From Geosiphon pyriformis uo1 (taxonomy: Eukaryota; Fungi; Glomeromycota): a stretch of DNA of 64,000 nucleotides. The stretch is from assembly GCA_016748015.1 (NCBI GenBank), contig JAAOMT010000303.1:744001-808000 (forward strand). The letters run 5' to 3'. A program made the position numbers and the translations under genes. Under the pieces are notes generated by a model, which did no database searches, was not told where the DNA came from, and saw only the letters and a list, made by a program, of their open reading frames with translations. Position 1 is the first letter of the stretch. Every line of letters starts with the position of its first letter. Shown here in pieces: positions 1 through 14,154 of the stretch.

Positions 1-3000
1 CAAATTTTTTGAGTTTAAAGTCCAAATTAAAATAATAAAAAGTCCAAATTACTATTGTTGTTTTTAGTTTGATGACAAAATAATTTTTTTCTGCTGGTTT
101 TAGTGTTCTGTTAGTATAAACAATTATTTGTTTATTGTTATTATTGTCTAATTAAGATAAAATAGTACTAAAAGCAATATAAAAAATATTTGTGACTAGT
201 TAAAATCTTTTGCTAAATCTGAATAGATAAGAATTAAAACTATTATAAGCTTTTTTTTAAGAATTTTAAAAGCTTTTTGTTGTTTTTTTGTTTATTTATA
301 TTTAATATTTTTGTTGATTAAATAGTTAAATAGTTTTGTAATTTCTGAAAATTTTTTAATAATTTTTTAATAATAAGATGCTAATACTGTAAATTTTCTT
401 AATTTAGTAATATTTTAAGAGACTTTAAAGTTTTTAACAATATTGATTTTTTCTGGATCAAATTTAACTTCTTTTTTATTAACAATATAACTTAAAAAAA
501 CCAAGATAATTTTTCCAAAATAATATTTTTTAATGTTTAATTTTAATCTTGTTTTTTGTAATCATTAAAAAACTTCTTATAAGTAAATTAAATAAGTTTT
601 AAATAATAATAAATAAATATTAATATTATTTAAGTAAATAATTATTGATTTTTAAAGGAGCTTAGTATAAATAACATCCATAAATCTTTGAAATATTGCT
701 AATATATACATAATCTAAAGAATATTATATTAAATTTATAATTTTTTTTGAATAGTAAAGCTGTTTTTAAATGATCTTTGAAATTTATAGTAATTTATTA
801 GTATCTGCTTTTTAAATTTAATGTTAAAAAGTATTTTAATTTGCCAAAAACATCTAATATGTTTTCATTTTAGAATAAAAAATAAGTATTTTTAATATAA
901 TACTATTTAGTTAGCAATAGTCAACACAAAAATATTTTTTTCTATTTTTTTTTAACAAAAACTACTAATAAAATCTATAAATTTATTGATAATTAAATAA
1001 GTTTATTATTAAATATTTATTGTACTTTTTTTTAAATAAATTGGTGATTTTTTAGTAAAATTTAATAAGTTTATTGGCATTTGAATTTTGTATCTTCAGT
1101 ATAAATTTGGTATTAAACTAGATCAGTTTTTTCCAAATTATTGTTATTTTTGGCAAATATGCATTTTAGTAATTAACTCTTTAAATTGCTTTTGCTGTTA
1201 TAATTTTGATTGTTTTATATTGATTTAAAATAATTTTTCTATAATAACATAATAATTTTGGTAATAAAATTTGTCTTAGATTTTAAAAGTGAATGTTTAA
1301 TTATTTTTGTGAAATTTAAGACTATTTGTAATAAATCTTATTAAAAAATATTTCTGTAAATAATTTCAATTTTTAAATAATTATCTAATATAATAAAATA
1401 GTTGTTAAAATTGTAAAATATAATATTGAATTCTTTAATTTTTTTAGGTAAATAAATATTTAAAATTAAAATTCCATATTTTTTGCAAATTTATTTGTTT
1501 AATTCGAAATATTGTTGAATAGTAATAGGTATTAGATAGATGTATGCTTCATAAATTTCTCTAAAAGATAAGATAATAATTGTTCTTAGTAATTTAAAAA
1601 TCTAATAAGATTTATTTTATATGTTAAAAGCTATGTTTACTAGAATTATAAATTATTTAATTAATATAAAATTTTGGGGTTTTTTACTTTTGCCAAGTTT
1701 TTCTTGATTTTTAACTAATTATAAACCCAAAATATTAATTAAGAGTAAATAGATAACTTGAGCAATTTTTTCAATATGTTTAATTTTGAATAACTTTTTG
1801 GTTTTATTTTAGAGCATTATTGTAACGTTTTTAATATATTTAATATTTATAATTTCTTTTCTAATGTTGATTTTTTTGCTTGCCAATAATAATTAGAAAG
1901 CAATTTGTATTATTGCTTCTAATAAAATTTTAAGAGCAATTTGAAATTAATTTTTATAAGCACTTTTGGTTTTAAGATAAGAGTGTTTTTTTTTGAATAT
2001 TAAAGATTATATTTTGTATTAATTTTGTAAGCCTTTTTTAATTTAATCTCTTGTCTATTATTGTCAAAGTATTTAAATAGTAAAGCAGATTGGTTTTTAG
2101 TAAAGTAAATTGAAATTTTTGAAATTTTTGGTTGGGTTTTTTGTGTTTCAAATTCAATTTTTTTTTGTTTATTATTAATAAATAAAAGTATGCTAAAAGT
2201 ATAATATTTAGAACACTATATATCATTACAGAACATAATGTATTTTTTATAAAGTTGAATGATTATTTGTTCTAATTGTTAAATTTGGGTTTTCTTGAAA
2301 AAATAAACATAATTTAAAGTTAAATAGTAAAGTTTTATAGTTAAATTCAGTTAGTTCTATTATATATTTAATATATTCAACTTTTTTTATTTAATGAACA
2401 TCTTTTTTTGTTTTTCTATTAATTAAGACTATAGCTAGTTCATAAATTATCTTAATATTATGTGAATAATAATAAAGCCTGTTAAAAATACTATTATAAA
2501 CTGCTGTAAATAGTGTTTTGTATTTTACTTTTTCGAAAATAGAAAATACATATTAGTAAATTTAATTACAAACTTTTTCTCTTATTGCAATATTAATTTA
2601 ATTGTATTCTTTTAGTAATAATTATTCACATGTAAAACATAATATGTTGTCATATTTTTTATTTTGTTTGAGACTGCCAAATTGTTTTTTATAACAAATT
2701 TTACAATAATAGCAGATATGATTTTTATATTTTTTTTCTGGCAAAATACAAGCTTTTATAGATAAAAACTTTTTATGACAATTTTTGTATTTAAGTAAGA
2801 TATAAGCTAGTTGTTTTTTTGGTTTTGGTTTTAAGTATAGAACATATTAACTGTTAACAGTTTTATTTGTAAAAGTAGATTGTTGATTAATTTTTTCAGT
2901 CTATAATAGTATTGAATATGGTTCAAATATTTTAAATAGTTGTTATTCAGTTTTTTTAGTCTAATTGAACCAAAAATTAAGGACCATATAAGTTTTAGTA

Positions 3001-5793
3001 ATTGGTTTTTTTTTCTTTTTAAATTCGAAAACTGAAGCTTTTTTTGATTATTTGTTAAAAATACCACAAGTAATTAGTATTTTAATATATTGTTCTTAAT
3101 ATAAAATCTTCAATTCTTGAGTTTTTCAATCTAGATTTGTATTGGCTTTAAGAAACCAGTTGTTTTTAATAAAAGGTTAGTATTAGAATGTATTTATAAT
3201 AAGAATTTTAATTGAAATAGTAATTCTATTAACAATAAAAAAAAAGTTGTTAATTTTTCTTATAAATATTTTTTTCATATTATTAGCAGTTATAATTACT
3301 GTTTGGACAGATCTGTTGACATTTTTTTAATTGTTGTATTAACTGGCAAATAATAATATTTTTAACAGATTTATTATCTAAAATTAACCAAATTAATTTT
3401 TTTTAAATTTTAGTTTTAGTATATATTGCTATAATTGTCTTTTGTTCTGAAACTGCTGTATTATTAAATAGAAAAAGTTATTTATTTACTTCAAATTCGA
3501 ATGAAAATATGTTTGAAATATTGGCATTTTTGGCAATCTTTGTTAGTAAAATTATAATGTAATTGGAAAAAATTTTGCTGTTATGTTGTAGCTTTATTTT
3601 TTAAAAATGCAATATAATAAAAATCTTGGTTTTTTGGCATTATAAAATAATTAAGTTGAGTGTAAAAATCTTTGAATGGCTATTGGCTATTATTGTAAAA
3701 TATTAATTAATTATTGGAATTTAATCTATTATTGTTTGGTTAAAAATAGTTTTGTAATATGAATTGGTTAAGTTAAATTGAATTTTCTTACTGTTGATTA
3801 ATAATTTTAAACTGAAAGTAGTTAATAATACTATTGTTATAGTAAAACAAATTGATAATAATTAAGTTGAAATTTGGATAAATAATAATTAAATAATAGT
3901 GAATTGTATAATTGCTGTTATAGTAGAAAATAATATTGATTATTTTGTCTTTGTTGGTTTTTTTGCATTTTTTGCAATCTTGTTTCTAGTGTTCAGAAAT
4001 TCTACAATAATAATAGTTTAATTGTAGAGTTTGGTTGTTGTTAAGCAATAATAAATTTTTTTGGTTTTGTTATTAAAGTAGTTAATACTTTTGTTGTTAG
4101 TTGGCAAAATAGGTTTTAATTTTTTTAATAAGCTAATTAATTTTTTTAAGCTATTAATATGGTTTTTTTAATAGCAAAATTGATGAGTTTCATGTAGTTT
4201 GTTTTTTCTATAGTTATTTTTTAGTTTTTAACATGTTAAATAATAATGATTAAATCTATTAGAGAATTTAAGTAAACTTTTTTAATTAATTTATTCTTTA
4301 AACCAGTAATAAATTAATTCAAAATTTAAGTATTAGAATAGTAAACATTTGTTTTTAGTTAGTAAATTTTTTTAAAAAGTTTGTTGAACTTTCTAATATA
4401 AGTCATAACAAATTCAGATGATTTTTGTTTGATGTTTTAAAAGCAGTTTCAAAGTATAATTGAAATATTGTTGTTTATAAACTATTTAAAAAAAACAGTT
4501 TTGAAAACTGAACAATTTGCAAAAAAAGCAATCAAGTTTTTAAACTATTTATCTGTAGTTTTTTTGAGAAAATATAAAATTGTTCTTAATATTCTTAATG
4601 TATTTTATTTGTTTGTATTTTTTGCTTTAGTAATTTGGTCAAACCACTTTTGAGAACTGGTTTTAGTGTCTTTTTTAAAAAATTCAAGAATTTTTACAAT
4701 ATAAGTAATAATTATTTTTTTGTTTTTTTCAATATTTGTGATTTTTTTTTCTAATTGGTTTAGAATTATTTTTTTCATGAACTAGTATTTTTAAATATTT
4801 GTTTTGGTTTTTAGCTAAATAATTAAAAAATTAGTATTAGTATAAATTAATTTTGACTGTTAAATAAAACTTTTAGTAAAGTCTTTTGGTTTTAAAAATT
4901 AATTAAATAATAAATTGGTGTTTATGTTTGAGCAAATAAAACTGAAAAAAATATAATTGAAAATAATAGTTTAATATTTGTTTTTTGTTTAAATGTGTAT
5001 AATTTTTTGAACATTGTTTTTGGTGTATTAAAAATTATGTAAACAGGTTTGGTGTTTTTTATTTTGTTTTTACTGCTTGTTTTTGATTTTAATTTAAGTT
5101 TAAAAACAAATTAAGAATTAGCAATATATTTTTTTTACAAAACTTAATAATATTGTAGTTAAATTCTTCAAAATAAGTAGCATAAGCATTAGCATTAATA
5201 GTTTTTGAATTTCTATTTAAATAGTGAATTAAGTTTTTGAAAAGATTTTTTTTGACTTCTGTAATATTGTAGTTTCTAAAAAAAATAATTGTTGATTCAA
5301 TTTTTAATGTATTAAAAAAGTGTTTTTTTGAAAGCTGTAATTTCATCTCGGATTTTAAATTATTGTTTGCAATAAGTATAAATCAACTAATAGTATTTTA
5401 GAGTTGTTATGTTAAATATAGTTACTACTTTAATTTAATTATTGTTGTATTATTTTTAGAAGAACACTAAATATTATTAAAAGTTTTTCTACTTTTTTTT
5501 TAATGTTATTAATACTATTTTTCTGTTAATTTTACTGTTAATAGAAGTTAGTAAATTTCTAATAAGCTAATTTTTCTTTTAAATTATTTTTCTATATTTT
5601 GAATTGTATATATTGTTGAATTTATGATAGAATAGCCAATTTTGTATCAATTATTTTATATAGTTACTTTATAGTAAAAGTGAACTTTTTTACAAAAAAT
5701 TTTAACTATAAGGTTTTTAAAAATATGTGTAGTTACTTTGCTATAAAAATCAATTTTTTTACAAGAAATTTTAACTTTAGGCTATCCAATAAT
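1..5793 (-). mobile_element. Gypsy-A: heavily decayed (ghost) Ty3/Gypsy LTR retrotransposon with dUTPase; continues off the left edge
   Basis: Hand translation of the minus strand gives collinear relics. Gag ~4480-4710 (ITYIVKILEF..WFDQITKA..YFLKKTTDK*FKNL); protease ~3060-3540 (IAIYTK..LILDNKSVKNII..IITANN); Cys-rich domain ~2200-2810; dUTPase ~1680-2010 (INIRKEIINIKY..EKIAQVIYL); RT ~500-950 (FCVDYC, IFQRFMDVIY); RNase H 1-120 (YTNRTLKPAEKNY). AGAACACTAAATATTA at ~5461 looks like a decayed copy of the PBS/LTR junction GGAGCACCAAATGTTA at 26122. The right boundary is approximate. Confidence 0.85.
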
Positions 5794-6514
5794 ATAAAAA
5801 AAATAAAAAATAAAATAAAAAATAAAAAATTGAGTTAAAAAAATTATTTTAAATTCAGACTTGGAAGTTATTAACAGTTTACCAAAACTAATAACTAATT
5901 AATTTTAAAATATTAATATGGAATAGTTAATTTGAACAGAAATAATTAAAAATTTTATGTTATTTAAAGTAAGTTTTTATTAAGATTAATTTATACAAAA
6001 GATAATTCTAACTAAGATATTTAATAAAAATACTAGACTAAGATATATTTTCTTGAAAAAAAAGCTCTTCTTTTATATAATTTGTTATAATACTATTCTA
6101 TAATTTAATATTATTTTGTTTCTAATTTTTTGGCAAATTAAAAATATATTTTATTAAATTACAAGTTATTTCTGTAAACTATAAATTATTTTAGTAAACT
6201 ATTAAATATTTTATTGAATTATTAAATATTTTAATGAATTTTGAATGTTATATAATTCAATATATTACATAATTTTATTATTACAACTTAGTTATATTTG
6301 TGTTCTGTACAAATTAAATTATTAATTAAATAATAATATAAATAATTTAATATAATAATAAGTAATAAATTAAAATAATAATACAAATAATTTAATATGA
6401 TAATAAGTAATAAATTAAAATAATAATATATACTAATTAATAATAAAAATTATAAAATAATTTCATGCTAAATAATATTTCAAATTTCGGCTGGTAATAT
6501 TAAACAAAAAAAGC

Positions 6515-9010
6515 TAGCAGCCAAGCTGCTACTCAGCATATTCTCGATATTACCAGTGAGTTCTTTCAGCTCAATAACATTGCAATTAACAATGACAAGA
6601 CTGTGGCTATTCCTGTGAATTGTAGAGTTGGGCATCCTTTTTTGCTGATTAATGGTTGGCCTATTTCAATTGCTAAAAAAGAGGAGTCTCATTATTATCT
6701 GGGCATTTTCCTATCCACTGAGGACTTATCAAAACCTAGTTTGGCTAAAGCTCATGTGGATGTTTGACTTTTTGCCAATCTTGTTTCAAAGAAGGCTATT
6801 TTTAATAAACAGTTCTTCTATTTGGTGTTAGCAGTTCTTTTCCCAATTATCAGCTACAGAACTCAATTCAGTTTTGTTCCTGTTAGTATATGTAATAAGT
6901 GGGATACTTTGGTATGCAGAGGGTTGAAGTCCAAATCTGGTCTGCCACAAGATTTTCTCAATAATGTATTACACCATCCCTCATTGTATAGTTTGAAAAC
7001 TTTTGAACAGGTTTAGGCTGAGAGCAAGTCTGCTTCTGTTATTTGCTTCTTGAATGCTGTTGGTATTTTGGGCTGTCTCTTCATGCATCGGTCACATGAC
7101 CTACAGATTTGTAGCTGGAATCCTTGTCATCTTTTGGTTTTTCTTTCTCATATTAATGTCAATTTTTTAAGTAACTTCTTGGCTAGTGTGGTCCATATTT
7201 TTTTGGGGTATAATTTGTTTTTGGAAGGTTTTTTAACCAATACTTTTTGCTTTCAGAGTGGTACCTTCTTGTCTTTTGTTTTTAGTGGTCTTATTTATTT
7301 CAGGTGTGTTTCTTTACTTCGGAAGTATGGAGTTGCTTTCATTGAACAGCTTTGCAATTAAGCTGGAGCTGTTTTTGATTGAAAAACTTTCAAACAGTAA
7401 GAAAGACTGGACCCACAGGGCCTAATTTCTTTTTGGTTTAAGCATTCGGTTGAGTTTCTTAATGGTATCTCTTCTGCTTCTGTTTGTTTTTCTCCTTCCT
7501 TGGATGTTGGTTTTTTGGACATGCTCGAGTCTCAAGAGTTTGGTGTTATTTGTGACCATTTGTTGGGTATTGATGTCAACCAGTTTGCTGTATACACAGA
7601 TAACTCTCTTTGCAATCTAGGAACTTTTGACATAAAGGCTGATGCAGCAGTTTTTTTTGAAGATATTGGTTTGGGTTTGGGCATTGAGGTTTCTGGCTTG
7701 GTATCTTCTACTATGGCTGAGCTACAGACTGTTACACTGGCTCTTGAGTGTGTTCTTTTTTCTAGTTTGGTTAGCATTTTTATAGACAGTCAGTCAGCTT
7801 TCAATACTTGTAGGTTGGAATTGGATTTGTTGTATCCTGATTTCCAAAATTGTTGTTGGATTGAACAGCATCATATTATGGGTGTTATTCATAAGAAAAA
7901 TCTGGATGTCAGTTAGTACAAAGTAAAGGATCATTCTGGTGTTTCAGGCAATGAGCATGCTGATGTTCTCACTAAGACTGCTTTTTTTTCAGTTCGACAT
8001 CTTTCCCATCAGATAAAAGAGTGTTATGTTAAGACTGATGATAGCACTATCTCAGCAAATATTAGACACTTTGTTCATGATATTTTTTGTTCGGTCTACC
8101 ACATGTGCTGGGAGGTGGGCTCTGGTTCTAAAGTGGTGGCATCCAATTTGTAAAATGATATTAATTGGTTTCGATCATCTCTTGTGTGGCATCCTAACTC
8201 CCATTTAGTGACTGGTTTCACTAGTAAATTTACTGCTGGCACCTGTACGTATTTTATGAAGGCATTACATCATCACCTTCCTGTTGCTGTTCGCAAGTGC
8301 TTGTATAGCAGGCATTATCCTGAAGTGGTGTGTTTATTCTGCAGTAATGTCGAGGTTTCTGATCATGTTTTTTGTTGTTTGTTTGATTCTGCTGCTTGTG
8401 CATAATTGCTGGATACTTTTGCAGTTGATTGGATGGAGCTTTTTGGTCTTCTGCTTTTATCTTCTTGTGTATTGCAGCTACTGTCGTCATGTGTATTTAA
8501 CTTAGATGTATGTATGGCTTTGTGCAAAGGTTTTGTCTTCAATAGTTGGCTTCAGAAGTCTCTGTTAGTTTTCAAGGATTCTAAGATCATGACCCAAACA
8601 ATTGTGAATTTTTTGCATGGTTTTTGTTTTGCTTTCCGGAATAAAATTTGGTTGGTTCATGTTAGACACTGGGCATTTATGGAGAAAAATAGTCTGATCT
8701 CTTTAGATGAGTCTATTTTAGCTTTGATTGTTGGGCTTTCTTCGACACTTTCTGCTGGTGTGGTCAATTTGATGGGTATTGCTGATGCTTTAGGAGTTGG
8801 TTTTGGGTTATGTAAACCTTTCAGTTTTTTTTCAGGTTTGAAGAACATGGTAGCGATACATTTAGGTGCATAGTGTTGTCCTGACTAGCCTGAGTGGCTG
8901 GTCACATATAGGAAGTACATGATTTATGCTTAGTTTAAATCACTTATTAATATATTTTACTAGGTTGTGTTTGAACCTCACTTATTAAATGAATAAAATA
9001 AAAAATAAAA
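6515..9010 (+). mobile_element. LINE copy 1, 5'-truncated (RT C-terminus, RNase H, Cys/His knuckle, 3'UTR, poly-A)
   Basis: In-frame fragments: RNase H (YTDNSL, ELQTVTLAL, IDSQSA) and CLFCSNVEVSDHVFC. Stop at 8873, then the conserved 3'UTR and an A-rich tail. Probable TSD AAAAAAAGC at 6506-6514 and 9011-9019. Confidence 0.92.
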
Positions 9011-10440
9011 AAAAAAAGCAAAATCTTGAAAAAACATCAAAAAATTATAAAATATGACTCATTTAATTACTTATTTTTTTTTGATTTAATATCTAAAATT
9101 ACATAAATATATTTACAAATATATTAAGTTTAAAACTATAAACAAAAAAGAAAAAAAAATTATAAAACTTAGAACTATTAATTATTTTTGTAAAGCTTTA
9201 AATTTAAAATATAATGAATATTTTTTTTGTACTACTCTAAATAATTATTTATTGTTATATTAATTAATTACAATATTAGCAAAAGTTTATCATTATCTAG
9301 CCAATATTGCAATTTTTTCTGTTTTATAAAATAAATAAAAAACATTCTAATAAACACTATTGTTTTGTTTTAATAAAAAAAGCTAAACAATTTGCAATCT
9401 TATTTTTTATTCAATTTGTAATTATTTTACAAAATAACAAAGCCAAAATTTCTCTTGGTATTTTTACAGTTAAAAAAACTTTTTAAACTATGTAAAGTTT
9501 TCAAAAACTAGTTATACTACCAGATTATAATTTTTTAATTGACATGTAACAAAAGTTAATTTTGTTAATTTATTTATTAATAACTTTAAGTAATATAAAT
9601 AATACTTTTTATAATAATTAAATATTAATTTTTATTTATTCATAATATAAAGTTGGTAAAAGCTTTATTACTTATATAAATAACTTAAATTCATTAATAC
9701 AAAATGCTTATTTTAATAAAATATTGAAAATTAATAATTAAATCAAATTCATCTAGATTTTTTTAATTAATAAAAGCCCAGATAAAAATTTCTGTCATAT
9801 AAAAAACATTTTTGAATATTGTAAAATATTTTGTGTATTTAATCTTAATTATTTTTTAGTTAAAATAGTATATAATTTAATTGAGTATAATATAATAATA
9901 TGTTCTTAAAAACTTATTAAAATAACATTACTAATTAATAAATATAATTATTATCTTAATTTTTAAAACTAAGTAATTAATTCAAAGCTTGCAATAAAAA
10001 AACTTTTGTTATATTAAAAAAATTTTGAAAAAGAGATTTTATCTGAATAATATAAAAAAGCAAATATTTTTTTGTAAAAAATAATGGGTTTTTTCTATTT
10101 GTAATAATAATAAAAAATGATCATTATTTAAATCTATTTTATATATTAAAGTATTATAATAAAATAAAAATACTTGAATATAATATCTATTGTTTTTTAA
10201 CTATAAACAATTATATTTATCTTTATTATTCTAATTATAATATATATTTTCCAATACTTTTATTGGTTGTACTATACAAGAAAAATCAATATATAAAATA
10301 ATAAAAATAACTAACTAAACAAAAGCAACTTACTAATTTATTTAATAATTTTTCTGTTAATTTTAGATAAATGTTAATTTTATAAAGTTGTAAAATATTC
10401 TTAAAAAATGAATAAAAAAACAATTAAATTTTTTATAATA
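9011..10440 (+). pseudogene. Zator-like (TP36/ISAzo13-related) DDE transposase relic, copy 1
   Basis: The frame from 9421 reads ILQNNKAKISLG..VILPDYNF..INKSPDKNFCHIKNI..YNLIE. These are transition-decayed forms of SQDDKAK.LG / LPDHDF / VDGGPDENPRH / YNPVE. A C-terminal zinc-finger-like region lies at ~10200-10300. Reverse-complement homologues are at 53000-54200 and 35600-36200. The family assignment rests on recalled motifs. Confidence 0.75.
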
Positions 10441-11084
10441 ATGTAATATATATTTGTTTTTTAATAATATACTTTAAAAATATAGATTAAATTAGTATTT
10501 ATATGAAAATATAATTGTAATTATAAGATTACAAATATTTTAAAAAATATAGCTGTTATATTTAAAGATCTATAGTTTTTTTAAACTTATTAACTTAATT
10601 AAAAATAAACAAAATTATTTATTTTGTTAATTATTTCTAAATATTCAATTTTATTAATTTTTAATTACTTTTTAATATTTATATAATTAATTAACAATTA
10701 ATATATAAGTATAAAAATTTAAATTTTTTATTATATAATAGATCTATTATATAATAAGTTAATAAGTTTATCTGTTTTTGTATTTACAAAGTTTAAAGAT
10801 TAAGAATTAAATAAAAAATATGTATAATAATTTTATGTAATTGGCAATATAATAAGTAGAATAAATTTTTTAGTTTAAAAGCTAATTATTTTAAAAGTAT
10901 ATATTAGATTAGTATTTGTATAAAAATATAATTGTAATTATAAAATTATAAATATTTAAAAAAATATAGTTTTTTTAAACATATTAATTTAATTAAAAAT
11001 ATATAAAACTATTTATTCTGTTAATTAAACCAAATTAATTTTTATTAATATAATTTTTATTTTATTTTACAAAATAAATATAAA

Positions 11085-14004
11085 GTTTGGTGATTGAGAA
11101 TGCCCTTGAGAAAAATAGGAAGTTGTGGTTGGTCTTGCAAGATATGCAGAAAGCTTATGATTCAGTTGGTTGGCATCATTTGAGGGCTAGTTTGCAGCGT
11201 GTCAAGATGTGTAAGAGATTCATAAAGTTTTTTGGTGGTATTCATGAGGATAGAGTTAACAGGGTGATGACTGACTTTGGTTTGTCTGATGGTTATAAAG
11301 TGCATAATGGGCTGGATCAGGGTGAGGTCTTTTCACCACTTCTGTGGAAAATTTTTTATGATCCACTTTTGTGTAAGGTCAAGAGGCATGAACATTTGTG
11401 TGAATACCGGATTAATACTAAGTTTGTTTTGAAAACTGGCAGGATTGAGAGTGATGGTGGTTTGACTTCATATTTTTCAGCTGGTGCATTTGTTGATGAT
11501 ACGATCTGGGTTGGGAATTGTCAGGCTTCCACTCAATATGCTTTGAACATTGCCAGTGAATTTTTTGTGATCAATAATATTTCTATCAACAGCGAGAAAA
11601 CAGTTGCTATTCCTATCAATCAGGGTATTAAAATGGCTTCATTAAGCATTTGCGGTCAGCCAATTTCTATTGCTAGGAAAGGTGAAACACATTGGTATTT
11701 GGATATCTTTTTGTCAACTGAAAGGCTCTCCAAGCTGAGTGTTGCCAAGACTCATGCGGATGTATGTTTCTTCGTCAATGTTGTGTTCAGGAAGGTTATC
11801 ACAGATAAACAATTCTCCTATCTGGTTTTGGCTGTTTTGCAGCCTATTGTCAGCTATCGTATTCAGTTCAGTTTTGTCTTTTTTAATGTCTGTCACAAGT
11901 GGGATGTCTTGGTTAAAAAAGGTCTCAGATCTAAGGCTTGTCTTTCCCATGATTTTCCTGATGCTGCTTTGCATTATCCCTCATTATATGGCCTAAAGTC
12001 TTTTAAGCAGATGCAGTCAAAAGGGAAGATTGCTGCTTTGATAATGTTCTCTAATACCCCTGGTATTCTTGGACGTTTGTTTTGTCATAGGTTTTTAGAT
12101 CTACAGGTTCTTGGTTGGACTTTTTTGAATCTGTTGCAGTTTCTGGTTAAGTTGCATGTTAATCCAGTGAACAATTTTTTGGCTGGGATGGTGAAGATTT
12201 TTTTGGGCAATGAGCTGTCTTTGGTAAACAACCTCCCTACTGTATTTTGTAGTCCTGGTCATTTTCCGTTGTTCTCTATTCTTGGAAAGTCTCTGTATTT
12301 TGATTCAGTCAAATCTCTTAAACGCTTTGGTGTTACTTTTGGTGATCGGCTTTTTGATAAGAAAGATGTCTTGTTGGATTGGAAAACTTTTCGTCGTTGG
12401 AAGAGATTGGATCCACATGGTCCTGTGCCTCTTTGGTTCATGGTTTTTTCTGAATTTTTGAAGGATTAGAGTTATCCATTTTCTGGTCCTGTTAGCTCTA
12501 CAGAGAAGCTTGGTTTGGACATTTTGGGGTCTGGAGAATTTTCTGCAGTGAAAGATGGTTTGCATAACATTTGGTCGGGCTCTTTTGAAGTTTTTACAGA
12601 TGGGTCTTTAAGGAATGCAGGCTCTGCTAAGGTTACCTGTAGTACTGCTGCATACTTCCTGGTCTTGGATAAAAGCATTGGTGTCACTGTTCATGGTCTT
12701 TTGTCATCTACTATAGCCGAATTACAGGCTGTTGCTTTGTCTCTGAAGTGTGTTTCTTCTTCAAGTACTGTGGTGTTGTATCTTGACAGTCAAGTTGCTA
12801 TTGATGCATGTGTGTCTGAGATGTCTTTGGCTACCCCCGATTTCCATAACCAATGCTGGCTGGAGAGGCGGCATATTTTTAATTTGGTCAGGGATAAAGA
12901 TTTTAGTGTGAGTTGGGTTAAGGTGAAGGGTCACTCTGGAATTCCTGGAAATGTGGAAGCTGACTTGGCAGCTGGGGCTGCCTCTGGATCCCTCTTTTTT
13001 CTTTTTGCCAATGTGCATGAACATTTTTTGGTTGCTAAGGGTGTCACTGTTTCTGGCAATGTCTGTTATTTTGTCAGGGATATTTTTTGGTCTGTTTGTT
13101 GTGCTTGTTGAGAAGCTGGTCCTAGTTGTGATGTGGTTCCGGACGCGATAATTGGTTGCATAGACTGGGTTGTCACTGCAAAAGTGTGGCATCCTGATTC
13201 TCATATGCTTGCTGGGTTCACTAGTCATAAGTTTTCAATGCTCCACACTTATCTTATAAAGACTGTACACAAGAGATTGCTGGTGGTAGTGCAAAAAAGA
13301 TTGTATGATAAGTGCTACCCTAGTGTGTTGTGTTTATTGTGTAGTGGGGTGGAGTTCTCTGACCATGCTTTTACTTGTGTTCATAAGACTGGCATTTGTG
13401 GTGAGATCTTGGCTGAGGCTTCTGCCCATTAGTCAGCTTTGGCTGGTGGTTCCCTTACTTCCGCTGTGTTGCGAGTTTTGTTTCAATGTTCCATTAATGT
13501 CGAGTTGTATTCTTTAGTTTGCAAAGAGTTTGTGCTAAGAGAATGGTTTGAGGAGGCTTGCAGTGTTTTCGAGGATAGAAAAGTGGCTGCTGCTCAAATT
13601 GTTGATTATGTCAGGTTTGTTGTTGGGTTATATTGTACTAAGGTGTAGTTGGTTAAGTCTAGTCTCCAGGTGGTTATGAAAAAGACTGGTCTGGTTTGTG
13701 ATAGTGGTGTTGTTTTTGGACTCTCTCGTGAAGTGCTTTCAGTTTTGTTTGATGGTATTGTAAGATTGCTTGGTGTGGCCAATTTTTTTGCTGTTAGCTT
13801 TGGTCATCGGAAGCCATTTTGTTTTTTTTCTGATCTGGGTGGCAGTATATGAGTTAATATAAATGTGTAGTGTAGTCTTATCTGGTCTGAGTGGTTAGCC
13901 ATATGTAGAGAGTGTGTGAGTCGCATTTAGTTTGAGCCTCTTAATTTGGCTCTATGTACTAGATAGTGATTGGGCTACACTTGTTAAATGCATTAATAAA
14001 AAAA
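11085..14004 (+). mobile_element. LINE copy 2, 5'-truncated (RT, RNase H, knuckle, 3'UTR, poly-A)
   Basis: ORF 11087-12469 has the RT motifs LQDMQKAYDSV, GLDQGEVFSP and AFVDD. ORF 12515-13111 has RNase H (FTDGSL, LDSQ, KVKGHSGIPGNVEADLAA). Conserved 3'UTR and A tail at ~14000. Confidence 0.95.
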
Positions 14005-14154
14005 TATATATATAAATCTTATATATAATATATAATTAATATAATTATAATATTTTTAATTATATATTTTATATTATACTTGAATTTAATACTAATATAG
14101 TTTACAGATTTATAAAAGATTATAAAACATAGTAATAATAAAAATTTATTGTTA

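Noticed and set aside
2038-5346. Short K/I/N/F-rich ORFs as genes, or organellar or endosymbiont DNA
   Set aside because: Explained as chance frames or relic frames in a transition-decayed retrotransposon.
8885-8925. Hammerhead ribozyme in the LINE 3'UTR (CTGAG..GAAA-like words)
   Set aside because: The core reads CUGAGUG, not CUGANGA, and sits in a hairpin loop; there is no three-way junction.
10485-11030. ~130-bp direct repeat (10485 and 10905 onward) and a 45-bp tandem at ~6330-6430 as element termini
   Set aside because: The repeats are real but too AT-rich and decayed to assign as TIRs or LTRs.
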